A DNA stretch of 63,945 nt, filler included, from Octopus bimaculoides (taxonomy: Eukaryota), in assembly GCF_001194135.2 (NCBI RefSeq). It is 9 parts of 9 records of this genome, joined end to end, with 100 filler letters (N's around TTAATTAATTAA, not from the genome) between each part and the next. Parts side by side here need not be neighbours in the genome. Positions count along the whole stretch, not along the records: positions 18,112 to 25,231 come from NC_068984.1; positions 25,332 to 28,605 come from NC_068986.1; positions 28,706 to 41,971 come from NC_068998.1; 6 more parts are not named here. One strand, given 5' to 3'. A model generated the notes under the pieces. That model had not been told where the DNA came from. It was given only the letters and a program-made list of their open reading frames with translations, and searched no databases. The translations under genes were made by a program, and so were the position numbers. Below are positions 23,668 through 35,174 of the stretch, piece after piece (within the stretch, counting starts at the first letter, position 1; each line of letters begins with the position of its first letter).

Positions 23668-24033
23668 TTGCCAGTACCGCTGGACGTTGCCAGTACCGCT
23701 GGATGTTGCCAGTACCACTGGACGTTGCCAGCACCGCTGGACGTTGCCAGTACCACTGGACTGGCTCCAGTGCAGGTGGCACTTAAAATACACCATTTCG
23801 AGCCTGGCCATTGCCAGTACCTCCTGACTGGCCTTCGTGCCGGTGGCCCGTAAAAGCACCAACTACACTCTCGGAGTGGTTGGCATTAGGAAGGGCATAC
23901 AGCTGTAGAAATTTTGCCAAATCAGATTGGAGCCTGGTGTAGCCATCTGGTTCACCAGTCCTCAGTCAAATCGTCCAACCCATGCTAGCATGGAAAGCGG
24001 ATGTTAAACGATGATAATGATGATGATGATGAT
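23668..24033 (+). mobile_element. RTE-clade LINE 3'UTR fragment starting with a 19-bp x5 minisatellite
   Basis: (TTGCCAGTACCGCTGGACG)x5 at 23668-23762, then gtaaaagcacc.actacactctcggagtggttggcattaggaagggca, ending in (GAT)n; homologous to 21550-21684. Confidence 0.85.
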
Positions 24034-24134
24034 AATATATATATATATCATATTATATATATATATATATGTATGTATATACACACATATATGTATGTGT
24101 ATATCTATGATGTATATACATGCATGTATATATG

Positions 24135-24168
<34 letters not shown>

Positions 24169-24262
24169 ATGATATATATATATATGATTGTGTATGTGTG
24201 TATATATATGTGTGTATGTATACGTATGATATATATATATGTGTGTGTATATATGATATGTA

Positions 24263-24299
<37 letters not shown>

Positions 24300-24548
24300 G
24301 ATAAATAAATATTTAATGAAGTACAGAAATACAATTGACATACTAAAACTTCATTTGCATTATGATATAATATATGTTATAAAAAATATAATATAACATA
24401 GCATAACAAATTTTAAAAAAACACGTATAAAACCAACAATTTGTTTCGACTCGTGTACATGTGTGAATTTATAAAAAATTCTCACCTATGTAAAGAAGCC
24501 TCTTCAGGGCCTTGGTTGAAAAAAGAAATGAAATTTCATGTGAGGACT

Positions 24549-24749
24549 CTCTTTTACTTGTTTCAGTCATTTGACTGCAGCCATGCTGGAGCACCGCCTT
24601 TAGTCAAGCAAATCGACCCCAGGACTTATTCTTTGTAAGCCTAGTACTTATTTTATCGGTCTCTCTTGCCAAACTGCTAAGTGACGGGGAAGTAAACACA
24701 CCAGCATTGATTCTCAAGCGATGTTGGGGGGACAAACACAGACACACAA

Positions 24750-24801
<52 letters not shown>

Positions 24802-24868
24802 GTACAACAGACTTCTTTTCAGTTTCTGTCTACCAAATTCACTCACAAGGCGTTGGTCGGCCCGAGGT
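24549..24868 (-). mobile_element. SINE family A, nearly complete body and tail
   Basis: Close match to the reverse complement of 52040-52415, including internal (CA)n. Confidence 0.92.
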
Positions 24869-24930
24869 GCCACGCATATGTGTGTGTGTGTGTATATATA
24901 TATATATACGTATATATGTATATAAATATA

Positions 24931-25028
24931 GGCGTAGGAATGGCTGTGTGGTTAGCAGCTTGCTTACCACATGGTTCTGGGTTTAGTCCCACTGCATGGC
25001 ACCTTGGGCAAGTGTCTTCTAATATAAC
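24931..25028 (+). mobile_element. SINE family A head (tRNA-like part)
   Basis: ggcgtaggaatggctgtgtggttagcagcttgctt..gggtttagtcccactgcatggcaccttgggcaagtgtcttct. Confidence 0.9.
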
Positions 25029-25331
25029 AGCCACTCCTGCACCTATTTAATTTATCTTTGTAATTGCATTATACTCATATTTATATGGTATTCAACTGAT
25101 GTACCAGTGAATTGGGTGTTTAACACACCCCTTTGAAGGATCTCTTTTCCTCAGTGTGTTACTTTAAATATACATTATATATATATATATATATACATGT
25201 ATGTATATATATCTATCTATCTATCTATATANNNNNNNNNNNNNNNNNNNNNNNNNNNNNNNNNNNNNNNNNNNNTTAATTAATTAANNNNNNNNNNNNN
25301 NNNNNNNNNNNNNNNNNNNNNNNNNNNNNNN

Positions 25332-26565
25332 GTTCGCCACTCGTCCCGAACAGTCGGGCAAAATGCTGCTGAAACGCCTCGCACATTTTGTTGGGCTCGA
25401 GTAACTCGCGCCCCTGTTCGTCTACCAGAGAACGAACGGTGGCTTTGTTGCCCCGCTGTGCCTCCACCACCCGGGCCTCTCGCGCGGCTCCAACACCTTC
25501 ATTCCTTAGAGCACGCATCCTAGCCCTGACAACACACCCTTCATGTTTGGCGTTGAAGTGTTGGTCGAGGGCCAACCTCGCCGCCAAAACGTCGGATGTG
25601 ATGCCGCTTCTTATTGCCTCTTCTAACTTGTTAACTAGCTCACCCTTTACTCTGTTTCTATCTACGGCTAGTGCCTTGCTATATCTATCTGCTTCCGCTT
25701 TTACTGCTCTCTTGAGGGTAAACCACCATTTGTTGTTGATGGCGGCTCCCGTCAAAGCCCTCTTTAGTAACGTGCTAATTCGGTCTCTGAAAACCTGTCT
25801 CGACGGGAAAGATGCGTTCAGTTTCCAGTAACCAGGACCCTACCTATGTGCCTTATCTAAGTCCAGCGTACACGGCACGAGTTTGTGATCTGTGTAACTG
25901 ACTGTGTGGAATTGTGGACATCCTAAGGTATCCCTATCTACTGTCCTAAACAGTATCCTATCTAGATACGACCTCAACGACCCAATGCGGTTGCTCCATG
26001 TCCACGTTGGCACATTTGGATGTTCGAGTCGGTACCTGTCAAACAGTTGGAAGCATCTGAGCAGGTCTCTGAGGCATTTGCTTCCCCTTCTATTACTACC
26101 TCTCCCCACGTAGTCTAGATGCGTGTCCAAGGTAGCATTCCAACCCCCCACTAAAAGTAAAGGACGAGACGTTCCCAGGAATACTTCTAGATGTCGAAAG
26201 AAATCCGGCCGACCTGTTAAAGGTGGTGCATAGACTGCTAGGAGTCGAAAAGCACACCCATCGCTGCCGTCGACATCCAAAACAACCAGTCTACCCTCCG
26301 GGTTTACGAATATCGTCCTTACTTCGAGATCCAAATTCTTGCGAAATAGTACCGCCGTGCCACTACCGCCCATCCCCGGCAGACAGGGAGAAAAATAAAC
26401 GTTAAACTGTCCGCCAAACATGGACTTTAGGGCCCGTGGCTCATGGAGTCTGGTCTCACTTATGGCTATGATTTCTAGTTTGTGTGACTTTATGTCGTTT
26501 AGGAGGTACCCTTGTTTCCAAGGGGACCCCAAGCCACGCGCATTCACACAGCCAATCTTGACCAT
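25332..26565 (-). pseudogene. LINE ORF2 N-terminus: apurinic-like endonuclease plus linker, one in-frame TAG at ~25840
   Basis: MVKIGCVNARGL, ISETRL, VYAP, LLVGGWNA, SYLDRIL, YTDHKLV; reading through the stop gives GPGYWKLNAS (L1/Tx1 hallmark) and continues in frame into ORF 25276..25755. Confidence 0.9.
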
Positions 26566-26665
26566 GATCCTATTGAGTTGTGTGCTTTAAAACACAAACG
26601 AAAGGAACAGAGCGTTACCGTTCGAAAGTTCAGTTTCCTCCTTTGATTTTTCACCAAGGAGGCTA

Positions 26666-28270
26666 CTATACAGTTTTTTTACATAAATATTTTTGACATC
26701 CCCCTATCGCATTGGGGTAAAGGGATTTTAGTGTGTGGTGCAATGTTGGTGTAATGTGGTAAATTTTGATGTGTTCTGGTGGTGTTGTGTATGGGTGGTT
26801 GCTCGTTTTAGTGTCGTTTTCTGTAATGTTTGTTTTTGTGTTGATGTATTTCATCAACTCTGTGTTTCTTGTGTCTATTGCTGTGAGCATTGTTTTTGTG
26901 CTGTTATTGTTGGTGCTGTTTGTGTTAAAGTTGGAAGTGTTTTCGAGAGTTGTGTATCTCCCTGCTTTGTTGATGCTTGTCTTTGTTCTTTGTTTACTCC
27001 TCTTCCTCCTTCCTTTTCTGGCTATTTGCCATTCCTCACTACTTTCGTATTCCGACGAAAGTTCTGAGGAATCGGATGGGGGTAGGGGCATGTCGTAAAC
27101 TTCTGTGTGTGTTTGTGTAAATGGTTGTGCTGTTGTTTCTGTTGGTGTTGGTTGTTGCTTTTTTGTGTTAGGTGTATGCGATATAGGGGAGGGGGAATCA
27201 GTTTTTGCATCTTCTGCTGTATCTTCACTTCTTGTCTTGTCGATTGTTGGTGTTGTTATTACTGTCTTTTGTGTTGAAGGTGGTGTGGTTAGCAGGGTTT
27301 TTTTTGCAGGTTTTGGTAGTGGTTGTTGTTGCTGTTCTTTGTTTTTGGCAGCAGTTGGACAATCAGATTTTAGATGTGTCTCACTGTTGCATAAGTAGCA
27401 TTGTGGCCTCCTGCCTTCCACCACTATATACAACTTGTGTCCTTCTGCTAATTCGATATTTGCTGGTAGGTTATTTATCGATTCTTGATCGATTTGCAAC
27501 AAGATTTCGAGTTTTTTTACCTGCCCAGTTTTGCTGTCCAAGGACAGCAATTTCTAAAATATTGGCTTCCTCCATTTCGAAACAGATGGCCGATAAAAGC
27601 CACTGTGTCTCTACCTCTGAAGGCACATTTTTTATAGTTACTTTTGTTACTCTTTGTTCAAGATAGCTGGGTATCATTGTTAGCTGATCTGTGCGCCGAG
27701 TGATTGTCGAAAATTTTTTTCGATAATTCTTCGCTGTGGAAGTGAACTTGAAGAGTGACAAATTTATGCCACCAATTGACGTAATCCTTATGTGGCCATA
27801 CAGGGCGAAGGCACTTCTCAATTTTTTCCTGTGCTGCGTTTTCTGTATTTTTTTGTTTTTGTATTCAATAATTTGTATATGATTGTTTTTTTCTGTGTTT
27901 CTTCTAATATGTTCTGTGGCATATTTAAGTGTAAGGTTTCGCCTTTTTTGTGAAGTAGTGATTTAATGTCTTTTATTTGTTGGGCAGTGAACGATACAAT
28001 CTTTCTTTTCTGTCTTATCGCTTCAGCGGTAGTGTTGGTGTTTCCATTCTTTAAGGTCGACGGCTTTGCGACGATATCGCTGTTGTTGCTGGTGGTGGTA
28101 GCGGTGCTAGCTTTCATGCTCACACTTGTGCCTGCTTGTGTGAGAATTCTCCTCTTCTTCCTTCCTTCATGAAGCTGTGGTAAAGGCAGTGTAAGGAAAT
28201 CAACTTCGAAAGAGTTGCCAAAGAGACCGGCGTTCGTTATAAGATCGTTTTCATGGCTTGAAGACGCCAT
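26666..28270 (-). pseudogene. LINE ORF1 (gag-like, zinc knuckle), split by two frameshifts in A-runs
   Basis: ORFs 27818..28354, 27471..27821 and 26666..27550 join at A-homopolymers near 27820 and 27515; CYLCNSETHLKSDC (CX2CX4HX4C) at ~27360-27401, followed by a T/P/Q-rich low-complexity tail. Confidence 0.8.
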
Positions 28271-28481
28271 CCTCAAAACAAAAATGGTTAAGAAAGCCGA
28301 AAATAAATTGACAAAATCGGGAAATACGTTACACAGGGCAGATTTCCCGAGCAAACAATTTGCACAACCGAATGAATCAGTAGTTGCACAACTTTTACAT
28401 AAAAAATATAATCCAAAAACAACTTTTTAAGGCAATAAAAGGCAAACTTACACGGAGCCGATGTGTCTATTCCCCGTCCTT

Positions 28482-28551
<70 letters not shown>

Positions 28552-28788
28552 TATTTCTTTTATTAGAGCTCAACAAAGATGGGACAAATACAATGTAGAG
28601 CTTTTNNNNNNNNNNNNNNNNNNNNNNNNNNNNNNNNNNNNNNNNNNNNTTAATTAATTAANNNNNNNNNNNNNNNNNNNNNNNNNNNNNNNNNNNNNNN
28701 NNNNNATGTATATGTATATGTATATACATGCATTCATACATACATACCTACATGTGTGCGCGTATACATACATATATATGCGTTTATG

Positions 28789-28828
<40 letters not shown>

Positions 28829-29459
28829 TACGTATATACATACATGGAAGCGCACGCAGACATATTCACACACATACATACCCACATGCATACATACATG
28901 CATACGTACACGCACGCACGTGCGGACACACGCACGCACGCACGCACACACACACACACACACACACATACAAGCAGTAAATTGCTGAATCATAGACCAT
29001 GCGGGTTGTTCTTATGTGAATCTAGAAGTACTTCGACGACAGGTTTGAGATGGACGCCATGGCTATGAGGAGTTGCTTCTCTCTCCGCATTGTACAAAAT
29101 GATTCGTAAAACCATCCGTCTACGTGCTTTTGCCTCCAGGCAAGTACACAACACAGTACAGTCTCATTACTAGAAGTACTGACAATGATCGTCATCACAC
29201 CGGGCAATAATCTCTAGCGACGTTTTTTTTTCCGGCTCTTTGCGTTCTGATTTCAAATGCTACGGTTGATGACATTGTCTTTTAGAGATAAAATAAGAAC
29301 CGACATAATTAATTTCCCCGCCCTTCAAATCTGCTGGCCGTGCGGTGCAATTAAAAAGGCTTATTGTGCGAATGAGGGCCGGGTGCAATGATGATTCCTG
29401 CCTGCGATGAAACCGGTGGTCACTGTGAAGCATTGAACGTTTGTAGATCCAGTTATGTA

Positions 29460-29714
29460 TCTTTATCTTTTATCTTTGGTTCGCTTCAGTCATTTGACTG
29501 TGGCCATACTGGGGCACCGCCTTGAAGAACTTTAGTCGATCGAATCGACTGCAGTATTTTGTTTTCTTTTAANNNNNNNNNNAAGCCTAATTCTTACTTT
29601 ATCTGATCTTTTGCCGAACTTCCAGGTTACAGGGACCTAAGTACACCAACAACGGTTGTCAAGGAGCGGTTGGAAATGTACCGAGACATAGACACATGCA
29701 CAAACAAACACAAA

Positions 29715-29748
<34 letters not shown>

Positions 29749-29790
29749 AACACATGGTGGGCTTTTTGCAGGTTTCCAAGCTAGACAGTT
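29460..29790 (-). mobile_element. SINE family A, body and tail
   Basis: cagtcatttgactgtggccatactggggcaccgccttgaag...ttttgccgaac..aacggttgtcaag. Confidence 0.8.
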
Positions 29791-29869
29791 CAAAGGATGG
29801 ACGCCAGACTAACATGAGCCGCTTTCTCACAGCGGTAATAATGGGTTTACGTAGGGTCAATGCCCCTAC

Positions 29870-30055
29870 AGAGATAACAGCAAAGTTACAGAAGCATCAA
29901 CGACCCCTGAAAACCAACAACACCTAGGAGAGGAAGGCATTTCCTCAGGGAAGAACAATGGAAATGGACAAGCCACATCTTCCCAGAGTCGAGAACAGTG
30001 GACAAAGGTCGTCGATAGCCTATGCTCCGCAGAGAGCAAAGGCCTTAAGTAAGAA
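29870..30055 (+). mobile_element. RTE-like LINE extreme 3' end
   Basis: ...SREQWTKVVDSLCSAESKGLK* followed by taagtaag; resembles the RTE C-terminal DR..WR..V..LC motif and (TAAG)n tail. Confidence 0.55.
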
Positions 30056-31067
30056 ATATAGTGTGACTTAAGACAATGTGGCTGCTATTTCTAGCGGGTC
30101 TCACGGTCTCGAAGACGTACCCTCGTTCACTCGTAATCAGCCAGACGGACGTCTTTTTGGTGTACAACGTTGAAGAGAAACAACAGTCGTATAATTTGTG
30201 TTGTAGACCAGACAGGGCTTTGGCACCTTGAAGACCAAATGTACTTAGCTTATTAAAAGACAACATAGACATTTTTGAATAATATATCAAGCCACCGAAC
30301 TTCATTATTACCTGTTTCATGAAATAATTTTAATATCATTCTACGCGTTCCTGCGGTCTCAGTTTTGTCCGTGTGGAGACTCACGTCAAGGGAGGAAATA
30401 ACTCGAAGGAAGAAATATATTTGGTGCTCTAGCATGACCACAGCCGCATGGTTGAAACGAGTAAAAGAATAGTACATATATATATAGAATAGTGGTACAA
30501 CAAGGCACCAATGTTTACTGGAAATAGCAGTCGATAATTTTACGACGCTACAGTAAAACTTCACTGTATATATTCTGGCAAAGATGTGTGCGGGCAGTGA
30601 ACATGAAAAATTTCATCCAGAGAGAGANNNNNNNNNNGGGGGGGGAGAAGGGTGAGAAGGAGAGACAAAGAGAGAGATGAAAATAGTGGAATCACTGGAA
30701 AAACAAGAAAAGAAAGTACGAGAGAAAGTGAGTGAGAAAGAGAAAGGAGTACAAAGGTCTGCATTATTCTGCATTTGTGTGATTCAAATCGCAGGCGCAG
30801 TTGAAATGCTTAACATATTGAAACAATGTCATGAAGATCTATAAATTTATGGATTAAAATATATATCGACAATTAGTTAAATAAAAGTGAAATAATCTAA
30901 GTAAGTCTTTTACATGTTCCAAACCAAAGGCTGTGGCCATGCTGAAGCACCACCATTGTTCTTTTTTTATCATTAGATTTAAATGCATATCGATATTACG
31001 GGAAGCGAGATACATTCGTCGGCAGAAGAAAAAGTAGATATATAGATAGACAGACAGACAGAAAGAC

Positions 31068-31133
<66 letters not shown>

Positions 31134-31209
31134 GTGAGTCTACAAATATATCAATATATATGCAGATAGAGAGATACGTTAATAGATATACAAATAGATA
31201 GGTAGATGA

Positions 31210-31571
31210 ATTGAAAAGAAATGAAAAGAAATGAAAATAATCTCAATTGGCAAATAACTTGGCCTGAGCTTTGGTGGTGATTGGACAGCGAAAAGTGTAG
31301 TTTTTTTCTTTAATACATGAACGAATTTTTACCTTTTTAATTAATCTTTTATTTCTTTAAACTATAAAACACATCATATCTGTCAAACATATTAAAAGAA
31401 GGTAAATAAGCAAAACCTTCTAAGTTCATTTCAATAATATTTAAAAGTACGTTTTTGCTTAAATGGCTGGATTTCGAAAGAATTTTTTAAATTCTGTGTG
31501 TTAGATATATAAATATATGATATTTTGAAATATGCCAACGTACACCACGGAACGTCCACGGGTTCCGCTAG
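31210..31571 (+). mobile_element. Possible non-autonomous Helitron-like element (3' end only supported)
   Basis: GC-rich stem cggaac/gttccg (31548-31567) immediately before CTAG|T; 5' boundary is a guess. Confidence 0.35.
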
Positions 31572-32926
31572 TTAAAAAATAATTCATCAGAAATATACTA
31601 GTGAACGGCAGGTGATATATAATCGAAGATTAAGGATATACGATCAATTCCGGAGGTGTAGTTGCCAAGTAAGTGATTTGATCCGAGCCTGTGTTGAAAC
31701 TAAAACAATTAGCGTCGAAACACACAGTAGCCATTCAAATCACACGCAAACAGTGTTAACTTCACTTAATCATTTATTATTTAGTATCAAAATTTCCGCC
31801 GCATCAACTGCGATAAATGTTTGCGTGAAATTAACAGTCTTCGTGTTTTTTGAATGGCTTATGTATATCTTCCATGCTGTAATCGTATAAGATTACTCGA
31901 AATACAGCATCGCATCGTTTTGAGCTGGTATAGTTATTTTTAGTTAACTTCTTATCATCCATTTCAATATTATTTCAAGATAATATTATTAAAAGATTAG
32001 CACGACTGTTGTGTTAAATAAAAAACATAATACTTAAAATTCGCTAAACTACACTTCACATGGACCGTGTTTAATCTCTCTCCACCTATTCCTCCTTTAC
32101 TGCTCCTCCTTCTCCTACTAAACATCTTTCTTCTCCTTCTTCTTCTTCTTCCAAACAAGTGTTCCTAATAAGGATAGTAATTAACTTGGCATCTATTTTG
32201 TTGGTGTTAGAGTGTCGAATTAATATCATTGCTATTTATTGACGATAATCACACGTGCGGATATTATATATGTGAAGTGACTTATATAATTTTTGTTAAT
32301 GAATTTGTTATCGGGCGGCTAAAACGCTGTTGTTCCATCGTCTGATCTGGAAAGGACAAACATTACTGATTGCACTAATAGAAACTCTTCTCCAGAATTA
32401 CCGAGTTTGAAACCCTGAATTACAAACTTAAAAAGACTTTGTGATATTTTCTGATATATTCTCAACACATATTTAAACATATTTTTGGAATAACGAGAAA
32501 AAATTAAAATGAAAAAAAGAAAAAAAAAACGTATAAAGAATATTTTTATTTTAAGCTTGAATTTGCTGCCAAGTTTGAGGGGTAACAGTTCTGAATAATA
32601 ACATAGGTTAAAGAAAAAATTAAATGTTTAGCGTATGACTCGTCTCTTATCTAACTCCGCTACAAAACTAGAGCTACGAACTTAATTAATTCACAACTAT
32701 AGCCCATAATCAATGGGAATTTACCGAAATACTGTGAGAGAGGTAGAGAGAGAGAAGAAGAAGAAGAAGAAGATGAAGAAGAGAGAGAGAGAGAGAAAGA
32801 ATGGGAGAGAAAGTGAGCAAGCATGAAATGCGCCATTTTTTTGCTGTTAGCTGAAGCTGCTGTATGAATCAGGCTGAGGTTTGAGTGTGCATGTATATAT
32901 GCATATTGAGTTGTTTGCGTATACAT

Positions 32927-33001
<75 letters not shown>

Positions 33002-33859
33002 NNNNNNNNNNNNNNNNNNNNNNNNNNNNNNNNNNNNNNNNNNNNNNNNNNNNNNNNNNNNNNNNNNNNNNNNNNNNNNNNNNNNNNNNNNNNNNNNNNN
33101 NNNNNNNNNNNNNNNNNNNNNNNNNNNNNNNNNNNNNNNNNNNNNNNNNNNNNNNNNNNNNNNNNNNNNNNNNNNNNNNNNNNNNNNNNNNNNNNNNNNN
33201 NNNNNNNNNNNNNNNNNNNNNNNNNNNNNNNNNNNNNNNNNNNNNNNNNNNNNNNNNNNNNNNNNNNNNNNNNNNNNNNNNNNNNNNNNNNNNNNNNNNN
33301 NNNNNNNNNNNNNNNNNNNNNNNNNNNNNNNNNNNNNNNNNNNNNNNNNNNNNNNNNNNNNNNNNNNNNNNNNNNNNNNNNNNNNNNNNNNNNNNNNNNN
33401 NNNNNNNNNNNNNNNNNNNNNNNNNNNNNNNNNNNNNNNNNNNNNNNNNNNNNNNNNTGTGTGTGTGTGTGTGTGTGTGTGTGTAAAGCTGTTATAGACT
33501 CGGTTTATCAAAGTTGAATAAAATCACACGTTGTTGAAAAATAATGGATGTCAATTAAAGAATGTAGAAATGAATTAAGTTGGAGAACAAAATAGCTGCA
33601 TGTAAGTAATAATAATAATAATGACAGTGTCAACATGGATGACAGCCATATTACTGAGGCTAATAGCCCTTTCACTGTTACCATAGTTAAGACTAATAAG
33701 AATAGAAGAAAAGGAAATGAAAAACAAAAAAAAGCCATCCTTCACATAGAATTATTCCTAAAAAGAAAAAAACAACTAAATTTAAGATTCGAAGTAAAAA
33801 AGCTGAGGGAAAACGGAGAAGCAAAAAGAAATGAAAATGATGATAGTAATAATAATAAT

Positions 33860-34321
33860 AATCCTTTTTACTAAAAGCACAAGGCCTGAAATGTTAGGGG
33901 AAGGGGACTAGCTTATTGCATCGTCCCCGTGGTTTCACTGGTACTTGATTTCCGAAAGGATGAAAGGCGAAGTCGACCTCGGTGGAATTTGAACTCAGAA
34001 CAGAAAGACGGTCGAAATGCCGCTAAGCATTTTGCACAGTGTGCTAGTGATTCAGCCAGCTCACCACCCTAATAATAATAATAATAATAATGATGATGAT
34101 GATGATAGTTTCAAATTTTGCCACAAGGGCAGCAATTTTGGGGGAGGGGGATGAGTCGATTAAATCGACTCCAGTGTTCAACCGGTATTTATTTTTATCG
34201 ACCTCGAAAGAATCAAAGACAAAGTCGACCTCGGCGGAAGTTGAACTCAGAACGTAAGGACGAACGAAATGCCGCTAAACATTTTGCCCGGCATGCTAAC
34301 GCTTCTGCCAGTTTGCCACCT
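33860..34321 (-). mobile_element. Two tandem full-length SINE family B copies separated by (AAT)/(GAT)n
   Basis: 33860-34071 and 34108-34321, each with gtcgacctcgg..gaa.ttgaactcagaac and a gcca(g)..c.cc.cc(c)t head. Confidence 0.9.
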
Positions 34322-34330
34322 AATAATAAC

Positions 34331-34365
<35 letters not shown>

Positions 34366-34367
<2 letters not shown>

Positions 34368-34823
34368 CCGAAGGCATCGAAAATGATGATGCAAAGATCC
34401 TATCGGATTTTGTGATTCAGTGCGATCATGAAATAGAGAATAGGAAACCAGAAACCGGACGTCGTGTTAGTTAAAGCAAACTATGCTGGATCATAGCTAT
34501 AGCATGCCCAGCTGACAACAAGGTATGCAATAAGGAAGAAAGAAAAGTCGAGAGATATGACAGGTTAGCTTGGGAGATTAAGCAGTTGTGGTCGATGAAA
34601 AAAGTGGTAGTAGTACCAATAATTGTCAGAGCCCTGGGAACAGTGAGTAAAGATTTTGAGAAGTACATCGAACAAATAGGGGCTGCAATAAGGGTGGAGC
34701 ACTTGCAGAAAACAGCACTACTTGGAACTGTTCAAATACTCCGGATGGTGCTCGATAAATGAGGGGTGTTGCCTTAGTTCACCGTAGCACATCTCCAGTG
34801 TTAGAAGTTGTGCAAAGACAATA
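34366..34823 (+). mobile_element. Dong/R4-like RLE non-LTR retrotransposon, 5'-truncated, inserted in (TAA)n
   Basis: ENDDAKIL.DFVIQCDHEIENRKP(D)VVLV..CWII.IACPADN...KEERKVERY..L..EIKQLW..KKVVVVPIIV.ALG...HLQKTALLGT..ILR.VLDK* (stop 34760-34762); (AAT)n on both flanks. Confidence 0.85.
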
Positions 34824-34871
34824 AATAATAATAATAATAATAGTAGTAGTAGTAGTAATAATAATAATAAT

Positions 34872-35069
34872 AATTCTTTCTATTATAGGCACAAGGCCTC
34901 AAATTTGGGGGGAGGCGATTAAGTCGATTACATCGACCCCAGTGTTTCACTGGTACTTAGTTTATCGACCCCCGAAAGGATGAAGGACAAAGTCGACCTC
35001 GGCGGAATTTGAACTCAGAACATAAAGACAGACAAAATACCGCTAAGCATTTCCTCCTGCTCGCCGCCT
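34872..35069 (-). mobile_element. SINE family B, full-length, followed on + by ~100 bp of (AAT)n
   Basis: ggcacaaggcctcaaatttgggggg..gtcgattacatcgaccccagtg..gtcgacctcggcggaatttgaactcagaac..ctcgccgcctt. Confidence 0.92.
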
Positions 35070-35095
35070 TAATAATAATAATGATAATGATGACG

Positions 35096-35174
<79 letters not shown>

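Larger units (their letters stand above)
25332..28483 (-). mobile_element. L1/Tx1-type LINE: 5'UTR, ORF1 and the 5' part of ORF2; 3' part lost in the gap
   Basis: ORF1 with a CCHC knuckle, followed ~100 bp later by an APE-endonuclease ORF2; the 5' end abuts a (GATA)n tract at 28484-28550. Confidence 0.88.

Noticed and set aside
23668-23762. Short direct-repeat array superficially like CRISPR
   Set aside because: No spacers, no cas genes, eukaryotic context; contiguous with an RTE 3'UTR
26735-27666. Plus-strand Val/Cys/Leu-rich ORFs
   Set aside because: Antisense shadows of the A/C-rich LINE ORF1
29022-29207. 61-aa minus-strand ORF in unique-looking DNA
   Set aside because: Short, no recognisable motif, no convincing splice sites
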